Assembly: GCF_009914755.1 (NCBI RefSeq)
Contig: NC_060931.1
DNA: 64,000 nt
Reading direction: 5' to 3' (one strand)
Source: the human T2T-CHM13v2.0 reference genome, Homo sapiens
Under the pieces are notes generated by a model. It had not been told where the DNA came from. It saw nothing but the letters and a program-made list of their open reading frames with translations, and ran no database searches. Positions 53,290-64,000 of the stretch are shown here, one piece after another (within the stretch, counting starts at the first letter, position 1; each line of letters begins with the position of its first letter). The position numbers were made by a program, and so were the translations under genes.

Positions 53290-53803
53290 GCTGGTCCCCA
53301 GAGCTGGACCCCCAACACTGGTCCCCGGAGCTGGACACCCCCAGGCTGGACCCTGGAGCTGGCCTCCCCAATGCTGGTCCCCAGAGCTGATCCCCCCAAC
53401 GCTGGTCCCCGGAGCTGGTCCCCCCAGCGCTGGTCCCCGGAGCTGGTCCCCCCAACGCTGGTCCCTGGAGCTGGACACCCCTAGGCTGGACCCCGAAGCT
53501 GGCCTCCCCAATGCTGGTCCCCAGAGCTGGTCCCCCCAACGCTGGTCCCCGAAGCTGGTCCCCCCAACGCTGGTCCCTGGAGCTGATCCCCCCAATGCTG
53601 GTCCCCAGAGCTGGTCTCCCATGAGCTGGTACCCGGAGTTGGTCCCCCCATGCTGGTCCCCAGAGCTGGTCTCCCCTGTGCTGGTCCCTGGAGCTGGTTC
53701 CCCCAACACTGGTCCCTAGAGCTGGTCCCCACCACGCTGGTCCCCAGAGCTGGTCCCCACCACGCTGGTTCCCGGAGCTGATCTCCACCACGCTGATCCC
53801 CAG
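53290..53803. repeat. ~28-bp minisatellite built of 13+15-bp GCTGGTCCCC subunits
   Basis: GCTGGTCCCCRGA-GCTGGTCCCCCCAAC; internal 140-bp duplication (53328/53468). Confidence 0.93.
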
Positions 53804-55499
53804 AGTGCCCCAAGACAGCCCCAGCATCTAGTCACCCTCTGATTCAGCTTCATGGGCATCTCCCTTTTGGTTTTTATTTCTGTTTTTTATACAGCTTGCA
53901 TTATCTTTAAGTGCAGGAAAAAATATATATATTAAGCAAACAAATCAAAAGGCATGCATAGTCCTGACAGGCAGAGTTCTCCAGGCTGTGATTCAGCACC
54001 CAGGGTCCAAGCAGCCACATAGGGCTGCTAAGACTCCCCGACCTGACAGCTTCCGGGCATCCCTCCTGCGATCTGGGGCCACCTGGCCACTCTAGAACAC
54101 CGAAGGTAACACTGAGCAGGGCCACTACAGGGAGGCTGCCAGAGGATGCGCTGCACAGGGCAGCACGGCCGAAGGTTCCACCCAGCGGCCTCTTAAATCA
54201 AGGACTTCCAGGCAGAGGAAACTCCTGTGGCCACACCCCCAAGATGGCCTTGTCTGTAAAGGAGCATTAACGTCGGCATTTATAAGACTAATATGACAGC
54301 AGATGTGCTTTCCTCTGACGCCCGTACGCTGCGGAATCGCATTATGGAAATAGAGTGCCAAATGGATGCCTTGACCTCGGGGCCCGGCCTATTCTGCACA
54401 AAGATGACTTCTGAAATGAGTTTTTTGCTATAATTTGCTCTTGCCTTTGCTAAAAGGTTGAAGGCACTTCTATTCCAACTGAGTGTGAGTAACGCTAATT
54501 TCATAGCGTTAGCTGCATGTTCTTAAGCACGTTTATCTTCAGCAAGTACAGTTCTGTTGATTGAAAGAAAGAAATATTTCTTTTTAGTAAACTAGTATTC
54601 CCAAAGGCTGACAGACCATCTTTGTATCACACACAGTTACTAAGGGTTCCTTTGCTTAATCTCTTCAGAGGAAAAACAGACCAGCTGCCACTGAAGCAAA
54701 CGAAGTCTCTCCTGGCACCCACATTTGGTTGTTTTAGGTTTGGAGATGGTTTTCTGTGCAATTAATGTGATTCATCCATCTTTGAAATGAAGAATTACAC
54801 TGCAGTGCGGCCAGTTCCCACCGGATGAAAGTTGAAGAAGGAGCAGGATTGGAAATATTCAAATAAATAGCAACTGTTTCAGCCCATGCACCTGCAGAGT
54901 AGCAGCCAGCCTGCAGGCCAGGAAAGGGAGACGCTCTCATCTGGCAGCATCTGGGCGCCCTCTCTGGATGGGAGTGTGGGGAGGGCCCTCCCGTCTCTCT
55001 GCGTCTCAGCCTTTGCCAAGCCCAGCATTCTGTCTCTGCCTACCTGGTGCATGGATAACTCTCAAATGCACAGATGAGAAGATGAGACGCTGTGGGTGCT
55101 GGGCTGGGCCCTGAGGGAAACGGGCAGAGTGTGATGACTGTTCCCACGGTGGCAACACGACGCCCACGCGCCCGGCGCTGGAGTCAGGGCTCAGGCAGCG
55201 GGCCCTTCTGACCCTCGCAGTGGCCCTTCTGACCCTTGGGGCAAGTGCACTTACCATCCCCACCGCAAACAGAGGAAACAGAATCTAGAGCTGAGGGGTT
55301 TGCTCTGGGTCCAAGCAGCAGTGAAGGGGAAGAGCTGGGTCTCAAACACCAAAAATCCAATCACAAAGCTCCCTTGTCAGGAGGAGGGAGCCACCTCCAG
55401 GACAGACCACTGGAAATGGAACTCTCCACAAACACCAACTCAAAAGGCCAATGCTGCAGGCCAAGAACACACTGGCAAAAGGCTGCAGAGCCACCCACA

Positions 55500-56065
55500 C
55501 ACTCACTCACTCCTGTGAAACCAGACCCTGCAGCTCCTCATAGACACACACCTCAATATCAACAGCGCAGAAACTCCACTCCTGGACACTAGCCCGAGAG
55601 AAACAAAACACGATCTGTAAAAAGGATTGTACAAGAATGTTTAGAGAGACTTTATTCATAGGCGCCAAAAACTGAAGAAAGAAAAAAAGAAAGAACAAAG
55701 CCCGTCAACAGGAAAGTGGGTTTGAAACATGGCGCATCCACTCAATGGAACTCCCCTCAAAACAGAGACAAACCGTCCACACACAGCAAGTGGACAGATG
55801 GAGGCTGGAGGCAGAAATTAAAGAATGCCCTGCGGAAATCCAGAACAGCAAGCTTTAGACCTGGAGAAACCAAGCATATCGTGCAAAGGAATGGGAGAAG
55901 TCATTTCCGGGGCGGGGATGCGGTTTCATGGGAACTTTCTGGGTGATGTAAATGTTCTAAGTCACAGCACAGGCAGGGGCTGCATGCTGGGTGCATTTGC
56001 CAAAACTCACAGAATTGAATACTTCAAGTCTACAGATTTCTACTATATGTAACATTTAACTGGGA
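55500..56065 (+). mobile_element. L1ME-like 3' fragment
   Basis: TTGTACAAGAATGTTTAGAGAGACTTTATTCATAG...GGGAACTTTCTGGGTGATGTAAATGTTCTA...CATTTGCCAAAACTCACAGAATTG. Confidence 0.75.
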
Positions 56066-56389
56066 AAATGTAACAGAAAATAATAAAGGGTCGGGCTAAA
56101 ATCCCTTCCTGCTTAAAAACACAGAGCATGGTGGCCTGAGGCGCAGAGGAAAAGATAGATGAGAAACTCCACATCCCCGAGGCTCAGCAGCAGACGTATT
56201 TCATGGGGGAAACCAGCTCTCAGCTGCTTCACGTGGCAGTGAGACCCTAAATATGAGAGGCAGTGGCCGGCCAGAGCATGAAGTCAGAAAGGTGCCTAAA
56301 CCTGGCAGCACTGGGCCTCCCCACAGCTCCCAACTCACCAGAATTATACCAGGCAGGTGCCCACAGGGCATCAGCAGAGGGCTTGTCAT

Positions 56390-56530
56390 GTGATTCACTG
56401 CTCATTTAGTCCCTCATTCAGCAAATGTTTACAGAGTACCCAGGACACAGGCATAGTCCAGGCACAATGTGGGCAGCAGACAAGGCAGCTGTGTCTTGGG
56501 GCAGACATTTTAGGAGAGCATGCAAGGCAG
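56390..56530 (-). mobile_element. L2 3' end fragment
   Basis: CTCATTCAGCAAATGTTTACAGAGTACC... antisense L2 tail. Confidence 0.55.
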
Positions 56531-56643
56531 CCAGGCTCAAGCTCCTGGTGTGGCCAAACCCAGCCATCTCGGGGATGTGGTGGGACAGCACAGCTGAACA
56601 TTAAATCCATTGCAACTACAGTTTTCCCTGAGAAAAGCATCAC

Positions 56644-58344
56644 TGATATGGGCAGGTGGCAGAAAAATTCTGGGTAGAAGAGGGTAGTTCCCCGGCAAAG
56701 GCCCCGCCCTCAAGCCTGGAAACCTGTGGCCCTCAATGGGAACAGGCATTCCTGTTTTTGTGCCCAAATGTTGCCTTTTGGCCTCCCATGCCTGCCTATC
56801 CTGTACCCATGTAAATGCCAAGCCCCAGGCTCCACTAGTGGAAGAGCGGAGGAACAGAAGAGTGGCGTGTCAGGGAAGGAGAGAAGAGAAGGAGCGTGTG
56901 AATGTCAAGAGGAGTTCGGCTGGGGACAGTCAGAAAGGAGATTGGCTGTGGGACGGCCAAACTCCAGGGGAAGATCCCTTCCCACTCCATCCCCTCTCCA
57001 GCTCCCCATCCATCCCACTGAGAGCCACCTCCATCCAGCAGTAAAATCCCCCACATTTGCCATCCTTCAATTTGTCCCTGTGACCTGATTCTTCCTGGAC
57101 GCCAGATAAGAACCTGGGTATCAACAGGGCACTGAGCTGGTTAATACTTAAGCCATCTGTGGGTGGCAACTGCTAAAAGAGCACTGTAGCACACCCACCG
57201 CGGCTTTGGGAGTCACAGACACCCCACCCCTGGATGCTACTGCAGGGCCAGAGCCCAAAAGCACTCACCCCAGCTCCTGCACCTGCCTATCTGTGTGCTC
57301 TCCCTTCCCTAAGGCTCTTTGAGCACGCAGCAGCCAAACAGATGAGCCACACCCGTCACACGTCCTGCATGCAGGGTCAGGGGACTCCCCCACAGCCCTG
57401 TCACACGTCCTGAGAGGGGGGTCAGGGGACTCCCCCACGGCCCTGTCACACGTCCTGCACGTGGGGTTAGGGGACTCTCCCACAGTCCTGTCACACGTCC
57501 TGCGAGGGGGGGTCAGGGGACTCCCCCATGGCCCTGTCATACGTCCTGAGGGGGGGGTTCAGGGGACTCTCCCACATCCCTGTCACACGTCCTGAGAGGG
57601 GGGTCAGTGGACTCCCCTACAGCCCTGTCACACGTCCTGAGAGGGGGGTCAGGGGACTCTCCCACATCCCTGTCACACATCCTGCACGCGGGGTCAGGGG
57701 ACTCTCCCACAGCCCTGTCACACGTCCTGAGAGGGGGGTCAGGGGACTCCCCCACAGCCCTGTCACACGTCCTGCATGCGGGGTCAGGGGACTCCCCCAC
57801 AGCCCTGTCACACGTCCTGCACGCGGGGTCAGGGGACTCTCCCACAGCCCTGTCACACGTCCTGAGAGGGGGGTCAGGGGACTCCCCTACAGCCCTGTCA
57901 CACGTCCTGAGAGGGGGGTCAGGGGACTCTCCCACATCCCTGTCACACATCCTGCACGCAGGGTCAGGGGACTCTCCCACAGCCCTGTCACACGTCCTGA
58001 GAGGGGGGTCAGGGGACTCCCCCACAGCCCTGTCACACGTCCTGCACGCGGGGTCAGGGGACTCTCCCACAGCCCTGTCACATGTCCTGAGACGGGGGTC
58101 AGGGGACTCCCCCACAGCCCTGTCACACGTCCTGAGAGGGGGGTCAGGGGACTCCCCCACAGCCCTGTCACACGTCCTGAGAGGGGGGTCAGGGGACTCC
58201 CCCACAGCCCTGTCACACGTCCTGAGAGGGGGGTCAGGGGACTCCCCCACAGCCCTGTCACACGTCCTGAGAGGGGGGTCAGGGGACTCCCCCACAGCCC
58301 TGTCACACATCAAGCACGCGGGGTCAGGGGATGCTCCTGTTTCA
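56644..58344 (+). mobile_element. Solo ERV1 LTR (MER50-like) expanded by an internal VNTR
   Basis: Starts TGATATGGGCAGG...CTGGGTAGAAGAGGGTAGTTCCCCGGCAAAGGCCCCGCCCTCAAGCCTGG, ends CTCCTGTTTCA; flanks TCAC/TCAT are consistent with a 4-bp TSD with one mismatch. Confidence 0.85.
57351..58335. repeat. 45-bp VNTR, ~22 copies
   Basis: CCCTGTCACACGTCCTGAGAGGGGGGTCAGGGGACTCCCCCACAG; period 45. Confidence 0.98.
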
Positions 58345-58599
58345 TCATGAATCTGGTAGCAATTAGGTGCGTGTGTGTTAATAAAATCTCCATGTGTTAT
58401 GGAAAAATAGTTAAATGTAAAATGTATCGGTCTTCACCAAAGAAGAGCAAGGGATGGCCAGTAAGTGCAGGAAGAGACAGCCAGCATCATCACGCATAAG
58501 AAAAGGGGACCCCACTTGGACACCACCACGAACCCACAGGCTGGGGAGGAAACCCCAGCAATGCAGAGTGCTAGGGAGGAGGCAGGCAACTGGCTGGCT

Positions 58600-58800
58600 C
58601 GGCTTGGGGGTGGAAATGCACACACAATTTTCCCGGGACTCAGCAATCACAGACTTTGTCATGGACCCAAGAGGAATGAAAATGGAGTTCACAGGAAACC
58701 GGCATCGGTGGTTTATCACAGCTTTACGCACGACAGCTGAAAAGTGGAACAATCCAAATGTCCGCAGCTGGAGAGCTGACTTTCTTACACCCATTCCAGG
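58600..58800 (+). mobile_element. Degraded L1M fragment
   Basis: GACTCAGCAATCACA...CCCAAGAGGAATGAAAA...GTTTATCACAGCTTTA...AAAAGTGGAACAATCCAAATGTCC. Confidence 0.65.
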
Positions 58801-60502
58801 GACACTACCTGGTAATACCAAGGGACGGGCTGCTGGTACGGCCCTGCACGGAGGGTGCTCAAGGGCAGGGTGCAGGCAGAAGCCTCCCCCACAGTCCACA
58901 CAGCACAGGGCCCGTGGCTACAACACAGACACAGCAAGCACAGCACAGAACCAGATCCATGAGGGCAAGGAAGAGCTCTGTGTGGTCCAGATGTGACACA
59001 GCCAGTCCTGGCGCTAGCTCCGGGTTTTCTGGGTGTAACACAGCCAGTCCTGATGCCAGCTGTGGGTTTTCCAGGTGTGACACGGCAGGTCCTGGCCCTG
59101 GCTCCGGGACTATACACCTCCTCCTGACTCCTCCAGCTGTGCACTTAGAAACCGCATTTTACTGCATACAAATCATATGATTATACAAACCTGAACAAAC
59201 CTGACACAAAAGCAAATAAAAGCTATTGGCCTCAGGACAACCCTTGACCTTGACAATGGCTTTTTTACATAATGGTTGGAGGCTGTCCCCTCAGCTCTTG
59301 ACATTCGCTCCCCAGGGCATGAGTTTTCCTAAAGGGGCCTGCAAGCCCCGCCTGCTGCCCAGAGGCTTCCCCAGGCACCTCCTTCTTGGTGCAGGAGGGC
59401 CCTGGACCCACTAGGGACTTAAGCTCCTTTTCCACAGAAACACAGCAATGGTTCTGAAGGGGGAACCGCAGGTCCCAGTGACTCATGGTGACCACAGGCC
59501 TGCATCCGAGGATGACTTCAGCCCCCTGTTCTCTCCCCACAGTGAGCTGCTCCCCACAGGCCCCCTCTATTGCGAATGCCCTGAGTCAAGCTGCCCAGTC
59601 TTCATCCAGTTATGCTGAAAACCCCACTCTTGGTTCTCTGCCTTGATATCACCACGTTTCCAAAGAAAGTGTGCAAAACTCCTGGGCTTTGGAGTCCAGC
59701 ACACTCCAGGGTCCAGGGTCCAGGGTCCAGGGTCAACATCCAACTCAGGTGCTTTCTGGTTATAGGCTCAGGCAGGCACATTTGTCAAAGAGGTGTTTTA
59801 ATCAATACATTGAAGATAATGATAATTCCTTCCATGCAGCACTGGTATTAGTAATAGCTGAGATATTATATATAAAATACTTGACAAAATTCTTACCAGA
59901 AAAGGCTGGTTGGCTGTTACGATCAAGGGGACTTTAATGGGATGGGGAGAAGACCCCGCTCCCAGTCCTGTCATCTGTGAATTTGTTATTAATAAGTATT
60001 TATTGACAGTGCATCTGCACGCACTCCTGTCTCTCAGAGCTGTGGAGGGGAAGAGCTCCCTGCAGGGTGAGGCAGGGTGCGGGGTGAGAAGTGCTGGGTT
60101 AGGACAGGGGCTGCACCTGCCAGGCCTGGCCCTGTGTGCATGGAAAGGGTGGGAGAGCCCCCAGAGTGGGGAAGGCTCATAGGCTGCCCCCTAGAGCAGG
60201 GAACAGCAAGGTCAGGTGTCCACACGTAGGATGCTCCCTCCAGCAGCCTGCAGAAGGGGCTGCGGACCCCAGGGTGGGGGTGACTGGGGTTGGCAGGAGG
60301 ACCGGGGTAGGGAATACGGTTCTGCTGTGCAACACGCCTCTGCAGCAGTGGCAGCCAAGACCCACCTTCATAGATGGTGTCTGTTCAGTAAATGTTTGAT
60401 GAAAGCAAAGACAGGAACAGAGGAGGGGAGGGAAGGAAGGGTGGGACAAAGAGCCACACTAATTACACAGGAAGGAAAAGCTGCATCCTCAGAAACTGCA
60501 GC

Positions 60503-60725
60503 CAAACTCACACTCACAGCCCACAGGTGGGGGGCTCCCAAGAAATGGCACAGACGAAAGACAAAGACAACTCCGAACTCAAACTCACACCTCACGGGTG
60601 GAGCAGGGTTCCTAAGAAATAGCACAGACAAAGATGGAGAAGACTCCACATTCAAACTCACAGCACAGCCCACAGGTGGGGCGGGGTTCCTAAGAAACAG
60701 CACAGATGAAACAGAAAGACTCCAA
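60503..60725. repeat. ~75-bp diverged tandem repeat x3
   Basis: CAAACTCACA...GGTGG...AAGAAA..GCACAGA...ACTCC at ~60503, 60580, 60653. Confidence 0.75.
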
Positions 60726-60790
60726 GAAGGCCAAAGTCAGTAGACCCACAAGAGGTTCATGGGGGTTCAGGTGGATGGGGACCCCCTAGC

Positions 60791-63080
60791 TGTATTAGTC
60801 CTTTTTCATGCTGCTAATAAAGACATACCTGAGACTGGGTAATTTATGCAGGAAAGAGGTTTAATGGACTCACAATTCCACATGGCTGGGGGGGCCTCAC
60901 AATCATGGTGGAAGGCAAAGAGGAGCAAAGTCACATCTCACATGGATGACAGCAGGCAAAGAGAGCTTGTATGGGGAAACTCCCCCTTATAAAACCATCA
61001 GATCTTGTGAGGTTTAGTCACTATCAGGAGAACAGCAAGGGAAAGACCCACCCCTATGATTCGATTACCTTCCAACGGGTCCCTCCCACAACATATGGGA
61101 ATTATGGGAGCTGCAATTCAAGATCAGATTTCAGTGGGGACACAGCCAAACCATATCATTATGCCCCTGGCCTCTCCCAAATCTCACGTCCTCACATTTT
61201 AAAACCAATCATATCTTCCCAACAGCCCCCCAAAGTCTTAACTCATTTCAGCATTAACTCAAAAGCCCACAGTCCAATGTCTCATCTGAGACAAGGCAAG
61301 TCCCTTCCACCTATGAGCCTGTAAAATCAAAAACAAGTTACTTGCTTCCTAGACATAATGGAGGCATAGGTATTTGTTAAATACAGCCATTCCAAATGGG
61401 AGAACTTGGCCAAAACAAAGAGGCTACAGGCCCCACGTAAGTCTGAAATCTAGCAGGGCAGTCAAATCTTAAAGCTCCAAAATGATCTCCTTTGACTCCA
61501 TGTCAAACATCTGGGTCATGGTGATGCAAGAGGTGGGTTCTCATGGTCTTGGGCAACTCTGCCCCTGTGGCTTTGCAGAGTAAAGCCTCCCTCCCAGCTG
61601 CCTTCACGGGCTGGCATTGAGTGTCTGAGACTTTTCCAGGCACACAGTGCCAGTTGTTGGTAGATCTACCATTTTGGGGTCTGGAGGACTGTGGCCCTCT
61701 TCTCACAGCTCCACTAGACAGTGCCCCAGTAGGGACTCTGTGTGCAGGTTCCAACTCCACATTTCCCTTCTGCACTGCCCTAGCAGAGGTTCTCCATGAG
61801 GGCCCCACCCCTGGAGCCAACTTCTGCCTGGGCATCCAGGCATTTCCATACATCTTCTGAAATCTATGCAGAGGTTCCCAAACCCCAGTACTTGACTTCT
61901 GTGCACCTGCAGGCTCAACACTATGTGGAAGCTGCCAAGGCTTGGGGCTTGCCCCCCTCTGAAGCCACAGCCTGAGCTCCACATTGACTCATTTCAGCCA
62001 CAGCTGGAGCGGCTGGGACGCAGGGCATCAAGTCCCTAGGCTGCACACAGCATGGGGACCCTGGGCCCAACCCACAAAACCACTTTTTCCTCCTGGGCCT
62101 CAGGGCCTGTGATGGGAGGGGCTGCTGTGAAGACCTCTGACATGCCCTGGAGACATTTTCCCTATTGTCTCAGGGATTCACATTTGGCTCCTTGTTACTT
62201 AGGCAAATTTCCACAGCTGGCTTGAATTTCTAGTCAGAAATTGGGATTTTCTTTTCTATCACACTGTCAGGCTGCAAATTTTCTGAACTTTTATGCTCTG
62301 CTTCCCCTACAAAACCAAGCACCCAAGTCACCTTTTGAATGCTTTGCTGCTTAGAAATTTCTTCCGCCACATACCCTAAATCATCTTGCTCAAGTTCAAA
62401 GTTCCACAAATGTCTAGGACAGGGGCAAAATGCTGCCAGTCTATTTGCTAAAACATAACAAGAGTCACTTTTGCTCTGGTTCCCAACAAGTTCCTCATTT
62501 CCATCTGAGACCACCTCAGCCTGGACTTTATTGTCCATATTGCTGTCAGCATTTTAGGCAAAGCCATTCAACAAGCCTCTAGGAAGTGCCAAACTTTCCC
62601 ACATTTTCCTGTCTTCTGCTGAGCCCTGCAAACTGTTCCAACCCCTGCCTGTTACCCAGGTCCAAAGTTGCTTCCACATTTTTGGTTATCTACAGCAGTG
62701 CCCCACTCTACCGGTACCAATTTACTATATTAGTCTGTTTTCATGCTGTTGATAAAGACATACCCGAGACTGGGTAATTTATACAGGAAAGTGATTTAAT
62801 TGACTCACAGTTCCACATGGCTGGGGAGGCCTCACAATCATGGTGAAAGACCAAGGGATGTCTTACATGGCAGCAGGTAAGAGAGAGTTTGTGCAGAGAA
62901 ACTCCCCCTTATAGAACCATCAGATCTTGTAAGACTTATTCACTACCATGAGAACAGCACGAGAAAGACCCACTCCCATGATTCAAGTGCCTCCCACTGG
63001 GTCTCTCCCACAATACATGGGAATTGTGGGAGCTACAATTTAAGATGGGATTTGGGTACAGACACAGCCAAACCATATCA
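60791..63080 (-). mobile_element. Full-length THE1 (THE1B/C) MaLR element: LTR 60791-61158, internal 61159-62725, LTR 62726-63080; TSD CTAGC
   Basis: Two LTRs (TRTATTAGTC...GACACAGCCAAACCATATCA) flank a ~1.57 kb THE1-int sequence; CTAGC at 60786-60790 and 63081-63085. Confidence 0.96.
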
Positions 63081-63547
63081 CTAGCCCTAAGGCAGGTGCC
63101 AGTTACATTGTCTCACCAGAGCACCCTGAGAGCCACAGCCAGGAGAGAAATGGTGGGCAGGACCCACTACAGGTCCACCCTGGTGGGCATACATGTGCAG
63201 GCACCTGGGCAACGCAGCTCAGCACAGCCTCACGACTCCAACTCCCCTCCGTGAACAGCCCCGGGGGTCAGGATGTGGAGGAGGCCAGGACCAGTGAGGA
63301 TGGGGCCACTGCATCACCACCCTGGGCTGAAGACCCCTCCACCATGTCCTGGGTAAGCCACACAACCTCACCCACTTTTTGGTGTAAAACAGGTAAAACA
63401 GCATGGAATTTGCAAAGTATCCCATGAATGCGACTGTTCTCCTCCCCACTCCCCTCTTCTCTCCTCAGAAAGTCGCCATGAAGGAAAGAAATACATAAAT
63501 CTGTCTTCTGCAAAAACAATTTTTCCAGCCCCATTCTATTCTTACAG

Positions 63548-64000
63548 CAGGAGTCCCCAACCCCCGGGCCATGAACCAGTACAAGAACCAGGCCACACAG
63601 CAGGAGGTGAGCAGCAGGTGTGCGAGCATTCCCGCCTGAGTTCCGCTGCCTGTCAGATCAGCAGTGGTGTTAGATTTTACAGGAGTGCAAACCCCATTGT
63701 GAACTGCACACAGGAGGGACAGAAGCTGCACACTCTGTACGAGAATCTAATGCCTCATGATCCAAGGTGGAGCTGAGGCAGTGATGGGAGTGCTGGGGAG
63801 CAGCTGCAAACACAGATTAACATGAGCAGAGAGGTCTGACTGCACAGAGATCACAATCAATCAATTGCTTGCAGACACATATGAAAACCCTATCAGTGGG
63901 CTTTAGAGTGGCAAATGAGTTGGAAAAAAGTGCACAATAAACATATTGCACTTGGATCTTTCCAAAACCACACCCCCAACCATGGTCCATGGAAAAACTG
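63548..64000 (+). mobile_element. MER1A hAT-Charlie DNA transposon (runs off window edge)
   Basis: CAGGAGTCCCCAACCCCCGGGCC...GCAGGAGGTGAGC...GAGAATCTAATGCC...GCAGCTGCAAACACAGATTAACAT...GGTCCATGGAAAAACTG. Confidence 0.9.

Noticed and set aside
61503-62538. ORFs of 159 and 102 aa
   Set aside because: Broken THE1-internal reading frame remnants.

Overview
This is primate, almost certainly human, non-coding genomic DNA. The evidence is Alu, L1M, MIR, L2, THE1/MST/MLT/MER50 LTRs and MER1A. The GC-rich, minisatellite-dense character is typical of a subtelomeric region. I see no credible protein-coding exon: the long ORFs translate tandem repeats or decayed L1/THE1 sequence. The dominant feature is a ~10.5 kb array of a 46-bp unit (10477-21015). 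From memory, unverified, it matches the large intronic VNTR of PTPRN2 on chr7q36.3 (gene on the minus strand), so the window is probably all intron. About 15 further tandem arrays are present. I found no evidence for a new gene-encoded system. The most notable signals are: (1) inverted copies of the 46-mer about 1 kb upstream of the array plus a fold-back-like left junction; (2) higher-order structure in several arrays; (3) minisatellites born inside transposon remnants; (4) VNTRs that multimerise CRE-like, UPRE-like and NF-kB-like motifs; (5) a shared C/A-rich strand polarity of most arrays; (6) nested and re-targeted retrotransposon insertions with readable TSDs. Coordinates and copy numbers were read by eye and are approximate, and repeat subfamily names are from recalled consensus sequences.
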